Below are positions 12,676 through 23,226 of a DNA stretch of 64,000 bases, piece after piece; within the stretch, counting starts at the first letter, position 1, and each line of letters starts with the position of its first letter. Position numbers and translations under genes: made by a program. A model generated the notes under the pieces. It searched no databases. It had not been told where the DNA came from and saw only the letters and a list, made by a program, of their open reading frames with translations. The stretch spans positions 1,550,001 through 1,614,000 of the forward strand of contig OZ218956.1 of the NCBI GenBank assembly GCA_965112735.1, in the 5' to 3' direction. The stretch is from Phaeosaccion multiseriatum (lineage: Eukaryota > Protista > Ochrophyta, other classes).

Positions 12676-15600
12676 GAGAGATATCTTCCTCCCCTGCTTC
12701 TCTACCTTTTCCGACGCCCCTCTTTGGGCTGAGGAGGGAGGAGCCCCCAAGGGAAGGAGGCTTGGGAGGGGCCCCGCTCATGTCGTGGATGTCTCCGCCT
12801 TGGGCAGCAGGGGGGGGAGGGGCAGGGGCCTCACCGTTCACAGTCATTACCGTCATCACCTGGGCGGGAGAGAGGAGGAGGAGGAGGAGGAGGAGGAGGA
12901 GGAGGAGGAGGAGGAGGAGGAGGAGGAGGAGGAGGAGGAGGAGGAGGAGGAGGAGGAGGAGGAGGAGGAGGAGGAGGAGGAGGAGGAGGAGGAGGAGGGG
13001 AGGGGTGGTGGGAGCGGGTGGAGGGGAGAGAAGGTGTAAGGAGAGAGAAAAAAGTATGGGGTCTGGACTGACTGATTTTGTTCCCTCTGTACCGAAAGAG
13101 AGCTATGTGATGCCTATCTGATGTCATCCTGCGGCTCCCCTCTTTGTTTTCTGTTCTTCCCTCCCCTCCCCTCCCTCCCCTCCCTCTGCCTACATGTTGT
13201 ACGCCTCTCACCTGCCGGCCGTGTGTAGAGCCGGGCATGCACGGAAGGTTCCTTTGCAGGCGTGCCTTGTTCCAAAAGAACTCAATGGAGGTGCGCAGCG
13301 CTTGGAGGCGTCGAGTGCGGAACGCCATGAAGCCCTTCTTGGTGCTGGGGACGGACGGAGGGAGGGAGAGGGGAGAGGAAGGCAAGGGGAGGAGAGGGGA
13401 GAGAAAGGGAGGGAGGGAGAGAGGGAGGGAGGGAGAAAGGGAGAGAGGGAGGGAGGGAGGGAGGGAGGGAGGGAGGGAGGGAGGGAGGGAGGGAGGGAGG
13501 GAGGGAGGGAGGGAGGGAGGGAGGGAGGGAGGGAGGGAGGGAGGGAGGGAGGGAGGGAGGGAGGGAGGGAGGGAGGGAGAGGGGTCAGGATAGAGTGAGG
13601 AGACGCGCCTGCTTTCTCTGATTGGCCCGGATGGGATGGGATGGTTAGCTTTAAGAAAGGAGCCCTTCCCGTCGCTGCACGAGCTTCATTTTATTCCTTC
13701 ACTTACACACTCAGTCACCCAGTCATTCAGTCACTCACTCACTTCATCACCCAGTCTCTCAATCACTCACTCATTCCCTCCCCCCCTCCCTCCCTCCCTC
13801 CCTCCCTCACTCACTCACTCACTCACTCACTCACTTACTCACTCACTCACTCACTCACTCACTCACTCACTCTTTCACTCACTCACTCACTCACTCACTC
13901 ACTCACTCTCAGCTCACAGAGGTTCTCAGTCCCGTCTCCCCTCCCCTCCCGACTTCTCACCTGTTCCCATTCTTCACGATTAGCTCTAACCCGTTTCCCT
14001 CGTGGGTCTCGTCGCTGCGGTCGAGGATATTCCAATCGTCGATAGCGTCGTACTTGAGCTCCAGTGGAGTGCCTTCACTCTCTACATGAACCGTCAAGTG
14101 CCTTCCGAGTAGAACCGGGCAGGAAAGGGAGTGGGGGGGGGGGGAGGGGAGGGCAAGTACAAGTCCACAGCACAGTCAGAGCCAACCATCGGCAAGACAA
14201 GGTAAGGCGAGGCGAGGCGAAGCAAAGCAAGGCGAAGCGAAACGAGAGGGGGCAGAGGTCACCAAATGTAGGGAGGCAGAGAAAGCGAGAAGAGCCGTAT
14301 GGGAAACAGAACAGCTTTACGATAGCAAAGACGAAGACTGAGGGAACGGAACGGAAGAAATGATCGAGTAGACTGGAGCGGATACCACTTCTCAGTTGGA
14401 GGGGGTGGCAGGGATCGTGGTGGGGGCTTCGGCCTCCAAGTCATCACTCACTTACTCACACACATGCACGCACGCACGCACGCACGCACCCACCCACGCA
14501 CGTACGTACGCAAGCACTCACTCACTCACTCACTCACTCACGTAAAGGTAAAGACGATCTCCCCACAGCAGCGGCTCCCTCCGAAGAGCGATCCCGAGGA
14601 GGACTCGAAAAGATGCCCGACGCGGCCCTGTTGTAAGCAGAATAGGAAGGGCAGTATCAAGGGGTGGGGCTCACCCAAAGGGGCAGGGGCAGGGGTAGAG
14701 GGTAGAGGCAGGAAGGGGTCCTCCTCCAATCCCTGGCATTACGTACGCACATACATACTTCACTGCACTGCTTTACGTAAGTACACACGAACTCATTCAC
14801 TCCTGCCTACCTGGTGGATGAGGTCGAGCCCTTGGTCAGGGCGCTTGGAGGTGCCGAAGAGCACAGGGGCCTTACTACCGAAGAAACCTGCCACTGCAGC
14901 CCTGTGCATGGCCTGAGAGAGCGAGCGAGAGAAGAGAGAGGGAGTGTGTGTGTGTGAGAGAGAGAGAGAGTATGTATGAGTGAGAGAGAGAGAGAGAGAG
15001 AGAAATACATACGCAGGAGAGAAGAAAGAGAAAGAGATGTGTTGGTCTTCCACTCCGTCCTTATCGGCACTGACATCCACCCCCTCATCCACGCACACGC
15101 CCACCCAGCCACCGAGCCACCCACGCACGCACGCACCTGCAGCGACGGAAGGTCTCCCGGGTCGACAGTTGCGGAGAGATTGGGTCGCTTCCTCTGAAAC
15201 GGCTTGGGCTTAGTGGGACCGGCGAACATGCCAAGGTAGAGCGTCTCAGGAGGGACGAATGTGAACTCAGAGGAGTGGGAGGCACGCATGGCCTAGTGGG
15301 GTGGAGCGGGGTGGGGTGGGGGAGGGGGGGAGGGGCGGGGAGAGAAGGGAAAGGAAGGAGAGGAGAAACCAAGAGAGAGCGAAGGGGGCATTCAGTACTT
15401 CAGCTGCACCCTTACTTCGCCCTGGGAGGCACGACTGACTACATGAGTGAGTGAGTGAGTGAGTGAGTAAGTGAGCGAGCGAGCGAGTGTAGTGTATGAG
15501 TGACGGCGCTGCTGCCCACCGTGACTGGCCTGGTCTCCTCCCTTGTACACGTACTCCACCCCACCCCCCCTCCTCCCTCCCCTCTCCCTTTTCTTTCCTC

Positions 15601-16562
15601 CCTCCGTCCCCACCTCAGACGCCAGCCGCTGCTTCATCTCCAGCTCCAGTTCGATGGAGAGCGGCACCGCCACACTCATAAAAATGTCTACCTCCTCCCC
15701 TCCCTCCCCCTCCCCCTCCTCCACCTCCTTGTCCTTCTTCTTGTTCTTGCTCTTCTTCTTATCCTCCTTCTTCTTTTCATTGCCCCCGTCGCTGCTGCTG
15801 GTGCCGCTCTTCCTGCGCACCGCCTCCAGCCGGGCTTCACTGGTCTCGTGGTCCCACGTGAGCTTACGCAACTTGGCGTAGGGCACCTCCACCATCACCT
15901 CTTCACGGAGGGTGCAGTCCACCGTACGCTGCTCGTTATCGGACAGAGAAGGGAGAGGGAGTGAGTGAGAGAGAGGAAGAGAGAGATAGAGAGAGAGAGA
16001 GGTAGGTAGGCAGGAAGGAAGGAAGGAAGAGATGTCGTGAGCCATCAGCGTCGATGTAGAAAGTATGTCGTGAGATGCTCGGGAAAGTGGAAAACCCTCT
16101 CCGATTTGTGACCAATACGTCGAGGGGGATGAATGCACAAGTTCATGCACAAGTGAGGAGAGGGCCGTGGTGCTACCTTTCAAAGGGCACCCCAGATAGG
16201 AAAGAGAGGGAGGGAGAGCGGGAGAGAGGGAGAGGGAGAGGGAGAAAGGGAAGAGAGCGAGGGTTCTCTTCCCACATGCGACCTCGCCCACCTGCACCCG
16301 CGTCCATCCCACTGACCTTGAGGCAGAAGGCCTGCGCTTGGAACTCCATGACGTACTCCTTCCCCGTGCCCCCCTCCCCCTCGGGCAGCAGGCCCTCGGA
16401 GAATTCTGTAACGGTCACCTTGAAGGTGTGCTCAAAGTGGCGCATGGAGATGGCTCCGGCCGTCCCGGTAGCCGCCCCCCGCCCGCCGTAGCCCCCCCCT
16501 CCCACGACATCCTCATCATCGTCGTCTTCCAGCCGGGTGCCCCGGTTCTTGATGAGGTTCAT
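6207..16562 (-). CDS. Multi-exon protein with PH and PH-like domains and a C-terminal alpha-adaptin appendage (ear)-like domain; probable endocytic/trafficking adaptor
   Basis: About 20 phase-compatible exons from ATG 16562 to TGA 6207. PH domain: [59 protein letters not shown]-terminus [74 protein letters not shown] resembles the AP-2 alpha ear platform (ECLRDF..KLPVTINKFF..DFFQRWKQL..GAGIIQT..VGCLLRLE..YRLTLRT, recalled from memory). An NPF motif lies in the linker. Confidence 0.7.
7497..7850. repeat. (CCCT)n microsatellite of ~350 bp in an intron, representative of many such tracts
   Basis: Directly visible. Similar CCCT/GAGG, GT/CA, GAGT/TCAC and GGA/CCT tracts occur throughout the window. 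Confidence 0.95.
11692..11858. repeat. ~29-bp degenerate tandem repeat, ~6 copies (ACATGTTAGAGGCATATCCGACATGGT-like), intronic
   Basis: Directly visible; begins at the donor site AAG|GTATGC of the minus-strand exon. Confidence 0.8.
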
Positions 16563-16671
16563 GGTGGGTGCGGTCTACCCCTCGGCGGCCTGGATGGGGG
16601 AGCACCTGGTGTACTAGTCACGCTACGGGAATGAAGAAGGGGGCGCGAAGAGAAGAATAGAGGCGACGCAG

Positions 16672-16705
<34 letters not shown>

Positions 16706-17296
16706 GAATGTCGAAGAAGGAGCGAAGGGAGATAAAGGGCACCATAGTCTATTCTGCCAAATCCTCCTCAGTATCTGGGCTGGGCACAACAGCAGTCAGC
16801 CCAGCTCAGAGAGGGGAGGCTCCTCGTGTGCATCTCCTTGACCAGACCGGGAAAATCACAGTATCTCTGGCCTGTGCCTCACACTCACGCGCTCACCCTC
16901 GGCAAAGGCGGATGAGCTTGCGAGACAGAGGGGGTGAGATGTCTGATGCTACTCCCGCCTCTGGGACTCAAGGAATCATCATCCCACATCGTCACCCCAC
17001 CCCATCAAGCCAGCCAAGGCAGAGACTGAGAGAGCCTAGATACAGCTGCTCGCTCCCCCTTTTCTTCCTCCCTTTTCCCTCACTTACCTCTTCTCCTCCG
17101 GGACTCTGACCGCGCTGACGCCCTCCTGACTCTCTTTTCTCCTATCTCCACCTCCACAACCCCCTCTTGCTTGCTGCTGCCGTGCTAGGCGTACTCCTCA
17201 CGACGAGGAATCAACAATGCTCGGAGAAATCGACAAGTCGAAAGTCGAAACGCCACGTGTTGTTGACATAATAATTCCTCGAATCGTCCTTCACAA
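16563..17296. promoter_or_regulatory. Probable bidirectional promoter region (PH/ear gene and GPI8)
   Basis: Divergent start codons at 16562(-) and 17297(+). Positional inference only. Confidence 0.4.
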
Positions 17297-18699
17297 ATGG
17301 GCTGCAGGGAAGGGGGAGGGGTGGGGGTAGGGCGGGGGTTGCTACTGCCGCTGCTGCTGCTGCTACTGGCTGTACTGCTCGATGCTTCCCCGGCAGCAGC
17401 ACTGGCGGGGAGTGTCCCGGAGACTGGAGGGCATACCAACAATTGGGCAGTCCTGGTGAGGGAGGGAGGGAGGAGGAAGTTGTTGAGGATACCGTGGAAA
17501 GTGGAGAAAGGAGGGCGGTGGGCTACCTTGCGTTTCCATGTGGAGAGTCTCGACGATGAGAATTACTCCTAACACCTCGCTCCCCTACCTGTCTCGCTTT
17601 CTTCTCTCTCCCTCTTGACTGCTCTCCCCTCGCACGCAACCAAAACACAAAGGTGGGAACCTCGCGCTACTGGTTCAACTACCGCCACAATGCCAACGTG
17701 CTCTCACTGTACCATAGCGTCAAGCGCCTGGGCATCCCAGACAGGCAGATCATCCTCATGATGGCCGACGATATGCCCTGCAACTCGCGCAACCCGTACC
17801 CAGGCCAGATGTTCACCGACCGCCAGCACAACCTCGACCTCTACGGGCCGGACGTGGAAGTAGACTACCGAGGCGACGAGGTAACAGTGGAGAGCTTTCT
17901 GCGCCTGCTCACGGGACGGGTGCTACCGGGCACCTCCTCCTCCAAGACCCTCCTCACCAACAGCCGGAGCAACATCCTCATTTACATGACCGGGCATGGA
18001 GGGGACGGCTTTCTCAAGTTTCAGGACACCGAGGAGATTGGCAGCTTCGACCTGGCCTATGCCCTGGAGGAGATGCACGTGAAGCGACGCTACGGGGAGA
18101 TACTCTTTATGGTGGACACTTGCCAGGCGAGCACTCTCTTTGAGGAGATTGCAAGTCCGCGGGTGTTGTGCGTGGGGAGTAGTCGCAGGGGGGAGAACTC
18201 ATACGCGCACCACACGGACAGCGTCATCGGTCTGGCTGTTATGGACCGCTTCACCTCCGCCACGCTCGACTTTTTCGAGCGACAAGCACATCCGACAGTT
18301 GGTGATACAGCAGCGCCGGCTGCCAATGCGAGCCAGCAGGGCAGAGGCAGAGAGCACTCTTCTTCCTCCTCCTCTTCCTCCTCCTCCTCCTCCTCCTCCT
18401 CGGCCCCTCCGTCCCTACATGACCTGTTCAAATCGTACCGCCCTGCGCAGCTCAAGTCCCATCCCGTCGTCATGGAGGAGCACTGGGGCGCGCCACCACC
18501 AGCAGCAGCAGCAGCAGCAGTTGGTGCTACAGATACAGCAGTTGGTGATCCAACGGGCAGCGGTGTTGCATGGGCCAAGGGGCGGGCGCTACGCTCTGTG
18601 CCCGTAACGGATTTCTTCGGATCGGTGCTGGAGGTGGAGCTCACTTCGGAGTTGTACGCCCTGGAGGGAGACTTGGACTGGGCGGCAGTGGAAGCGTAG
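17297..18699 (+). CDS. GPI8: GPI-anchor transamidase catalytic subunit (GPI8/PIG-K, peptidase C13)
   Basis: Exons 17297-17455 and 17653-18699. Signal peptide, then [10 protein letters not shown]|[29 protein letters not shown]; catalytic [14 protein letters not shown] and VDTCQA motifs. Confidence 0.95.
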
Positions 18700-18797
18700 A
18701 TAGATACGGGCGGCTGCTGCTGGCGTGGCTGGTCCGGTTGTGTATCACCAACTCCTGGCGTGGCTGTGGTTCGGTTCGGTTGTATGTATCACAAACC

Positions 18798-18838
<41 letters not shown>

Positions 18839-18902
18839 AGTTTGAATGCGTGTGTGACGTGTGCAGCAGGGTAGGGCGTTTTTGTGGCTCTGAGTAGTGT
18901 GA

Positions 18903-18972
18903 CGCAAAGAACCGACGGAACAACAAGGAAAGAACCGACGGAACAACACGGCAAGGAACCAACGGAACAACA
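18903..18972. repeat. ~21-24-bp tandem repeat, 3 copies (AAGAACCGACGGAACAACA core)
   Basis: Directly visible downstream of GPI8. Confidence 0.7.
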
Positions 18973-19187
18973 AGACGCATGTCAAGCTCCAACAGCACAG
19001 ACAGCCAAAGCGCCGCCCGAAGGCACGGGACGTAAGCCGTGGACTTTGGCTCATCTCCTTGCTCCGGGCTTGGCTTGGAGAGGAGTAGAGAGCCGGCAGC
19101 GCAGCACGGCAGTACCATTGCCTGCGGCCGGGGCCGAGGCAGAGGCGGATGTGATGAGCAGAGGAAGCGCCCCTGGAGCTGCCCTGA

Positions 19188-19233
<46 letters not shown>

Positions 19234-20684
19234 TGTGTGTCCACGAGGTTGGTTACAGACATCCCCAGGATTGGACCTTGTTTCCAGCCAGCACACCCCT
19301 GGTGGCTTTGGAGGGGTGGGTGGGGGAAGGTGTCCGTCCTTCTGGCCTCTGGTCACCAGGCGCCCCAGTGGCTCCGCCCCCGACTGAAGGCCTGTGCTCA
19401 GTTCATTAGCAGAGCGATAGACCGCACGGCTGCCTACTCTACATACAGTACAGGGGCGAAGGAGGGCGTTGTTGTGGCCTTGCCGTCCTCGCTCGATAAA
19501 CACACACGTCGTAGTATCGCACACTGTGACTCGGTAGGCGGAGAATGAAGAGGGCAGGGGTAGACTTCCAAGCGCAACGAGCTTTTGATACGGTACAATA
19601 CTTCAGTACTTTTCCAATGATTCATGGTCAAGCTCGCTCCCGAGCCAGACATGCGGCCCTACGCCACCCTTCGCTCCGTCCTCCCTCTTCCACCGGTCCT
19701 CACTCCGCCTGGCTCATTCAATCACGAACTCACGCACGCACGCACGCACGCGCCTCCCCGCACAAACGTGCTGTAGTGAATGGGCATAGTATCTATGACA
19801 GCGAGTAGGGGAAAGCCTCATGGAAAAGGATGGTTCGCCTGAGTGAAAGAGATAAGACAGAGGGAGATTGGATGGGTCCTCAGCCGCTGTGGCTCCTACG
19901 CTCCCCCTCAGCCAGCTGTTGTAAGTCGGTGCCAGTTGTGATCTACGCTCCCACTCAGCCCTGTTCAGCCGTACGCACCTAGAGGGGCCCTCTTCCCTCC
20001 CCTCCTCTCTCCCTCCCTCGTCACTCCGTCACCCACTCATTCACTCACTCACTCACTCACTCACTCGCGCAGCATGCACATAAGCGCCAATTCTGACGAG
20101 AGAAGGTCCAAGCAACGCAAAAACACATGTATGTATGTAACAAGTTGTGCTGGACTGATCCCTTCCCTTGCTCCCTCCGCATCATCGGTCCCCGTCTGCC
20201 AAAGATCGGAAAAAACGCCGCCACATCTATACTTACAGCCGATGAGCACCAGCAGGCCAGAGCCCGCGGGTGCGCTGTTGGCGTCTATTGCCTCTATGCC
20301 CTATAGCTTCCCCTCCAGCCCCCCAGCTGACCGCGCTTAGAAGAGACTGTGCGTGCTGTCACCCCCCTCCTCCAACCCCGACCCACTGCAAAAGAGCCCT
20401 GCCACTCCCCGCACGTCCACTGCCATCGCCGCTTGCCTCCAAGAACCTCGCGGCGTCAAGTGGTGTGAACAACCATTGGGGGGGAATGCGCCAGTAGGAG
20501 AGGGCGCCCCGCTTGCCTCGCTCCGGGTCTCGGATAGGCAGGCGTATGGGCAGGAGGAGTACATCGCGGAGATGTTGCCGAGGGAGAGCACTGCTCCGAC
20601 ATGGGGCTGTCCCAAGGCCTCCAGCCCCTGGGACGGGCCGGAACGTCGAAAACAACTGTTCGCCACGTCCATCCATCCATCCCA

Positions 20685-21206
20685 TCAAATACCTCCCATG
20701 CCTGTGTTGCCCTGCGGTATCACCAACTGCTGCTGCTGCTGCTGCTGCCCGTGCGAGCTGCCCGCGGCCTGCTCTGAGCGCTGCTTCTTGTAGGCCGGCT
20801 GATGACTGAGGCCGAAGCCTGTCTCCAGCGGCGACACCTCGCTCTCCTCCATCTGAATCTCTGTTTCACCCGCCCAGGAGGCACCGTACTCGTCTGCTGG
20901 CTCCCACTCCGCTCCCTGCGGCTCAACAGAGGCTGGTGGTAGGGCCGCGTGGTCCTCATGACTATCCTCCTCCGCCTCCTCGTCACCTCTGCTGGCGCTC
21001 ACCTCCGCCTCCGCAGGGAAAACCCCGTTTGGAGTAAGACCCTTCTGTCTGAGGAAGTTGGTGATACACTCTAGAATGGCCTCCCCTCCCTTGCTCTTGA
21101 CCCGATTCTCCGTCATACCCTCACACTTCAACAGCTCTTCCTTGGTCAACGGGACCTTTTCTCAGGCCGCGGAGTACGACGATGTGTGTTTGTGTGTGTG
21201 TGTGTG

Positions 21207-21254
<48 letters not shown>

Positions 21255-23195
21255 GTGTGTGTGCGCGTGCGTGTCCGAGGAGAAAACGTAATAGTGATAG
21301 CAGGGGTCAGGGTTGACATGAAGGGATTGTCAGGGCACGCACGGCGAAAGGAGGGAAACCACTCTCAGTCTGCAGTGGTCGGAACACTCTCACCACAACT
21401 CTCTCTGCCTTGCCACTTCACACAAAGCACAATCGAGATATATAGAGAAAGAGAGCTTGAATGGGTCGGCATCAATCGTCATGGAACGGGACGGTACCAA
21501 CCACAACACCACAGCAGCACACTGAGCAATCAAATCTCAGTAGCCTCCTAGTACGACGAGGGAGGATGGCCCCACCTCCCCTTTGCTAACGCCAAGCAAA
21601 GCCAAGACAAGCCAAGCAAAGGAAAGCCCCTCTTACTTACCCGTCGGGAGAGGTCGAGCAGCACGTCGTGGTTCATGCATGTATACACGATGTACTCCTT
21701 CTGCCCGTCTCCTGTCTTCTTCAGCTCAGTGAGCTCTTTCTCCAAGTCGTGGGTGTCCTTCGCGGGCAACCTGCGCTCGTGTTCCACCTCGTGGTCCGGG
21801 GAGGCGTAGAAGCTCCTGTCGCCATCACCAATACCACCACTACCACCACCGCCACCACCACCATCCATGTTGACAAGGTCCTCAGCACTGAAATCATTGT
21901 CAAATTCGTCCTCCTCGATAGCATCATATTCAGGAGAGCCGGAAGTGGCTGGGGCGGCGGCGGCTGCGGTAGCGGCGTGAGGACTCTTGCCGACGTCCCT
22001 CCAAGAAGGCACTGAAGAAGGCACTGGGTCGCCGAGCTTCAGACTGTTTGAGTTTGTATTTGTGGTTTGTTGTGTTGTGTTGTGTTGTGTTGTGTTGTTG
22101 GGGTTGGGGTTGTTAAGTTGCGACTCCAGGAGAATGAGGAGTGCGTGAGGGTGGGGGGAGAGCCGAGGAGATAGAGGGAGACGAAAGGGAGGAGGGAGAG
22201 GGGGGGAGGGGAGGGCGAGAATGCGCAGTAGGGTGTTGCGAAGACTGCGGTACGTACTGTGAACCATCTCGCCCGGCGCCTATCTACGCGCTCGAAACAG
22301 TCTCTACACGTACTCACCTTGAGCCACCGCTGCCGCTGCCAGTGCCCCCACCGCCTCCGCTGCCTCCGCCTACTCCTCCCCCTCGCGCCTTCTTTTTCTT
22401 CTTCAGTTGCTCGAAGTACGTACTGCTCGAAGCGGCGCCGCCACCTCCTGCTGCGACATCTGTTCTCGCCTTCTCCTCCTCCTGCTTCTTCTTCTTCTTG
22501 TTGGCAGACAAGGACAGCGCGGAGAAAGAAGACGGTCGGCTTCCTTCAAAGTCGTCGGAGGCGTCACTGCTGTCGTCGGAAGATTCGGAGTCCGTCTGGA
22601 ACCCCGCTTTGGACTGGGAGGCACGGCGTGAGGAGGAAGGCTTCTTCTTGACAGCAGGCTTCTTCTTCTTCTTCTGCTGCTGCTGCTGCTTCCGTGCGCT
22701 GCCCCTGCTCAGACTGGAGAGGGGCATGTCTTCGTCTTCGCTGCTGGACCCGCACACGCTAATCGCTTGCTGGGAGGCAGGGTCCTGTCGTAGTAGAGCG
22801 AAGCAGGGAGGGGGAAAGTTGATGGCAGGGGGTGCAGGTGCGGTTAGACATGGCCAGATGAGAAAGACAAGCAGAGGGGTTGAGCGGGAAGGATTTCGAG
22901 TCCCCTGAACGAAGGGAAGGTGGGGGAGTAAGAGCAAGCGATGAAATGGCTCGGGAGAGAGACACAGGCAGAGAGAGAGAGACAGACAGAGACAGACATG
23001 CGAGACGCAAACGCATAGCCGAGCCGACCAGCAGCCAAGACGGACCCACCTGTCGCTTCCTCTTGCTTCCCGTCGCAGTGCTGCCCTTACCCTTGCCCTT
23101 GCCTTTGCCGACGGCGGTGTCACAGTTGGCGCTGCTGCTCGTGTTGCAGGGATTGTTGGCGTTGGCGCGGCTGCGATTGATGCTGATGTTGCTCT

Positions 23196-23226
<31 letters not shown>

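Noticed and set aside
18900-20680. Possible gene between GPI8 and RecQ
   Set aside because: No recognisable domain or consistent exon chain; left unannotated.
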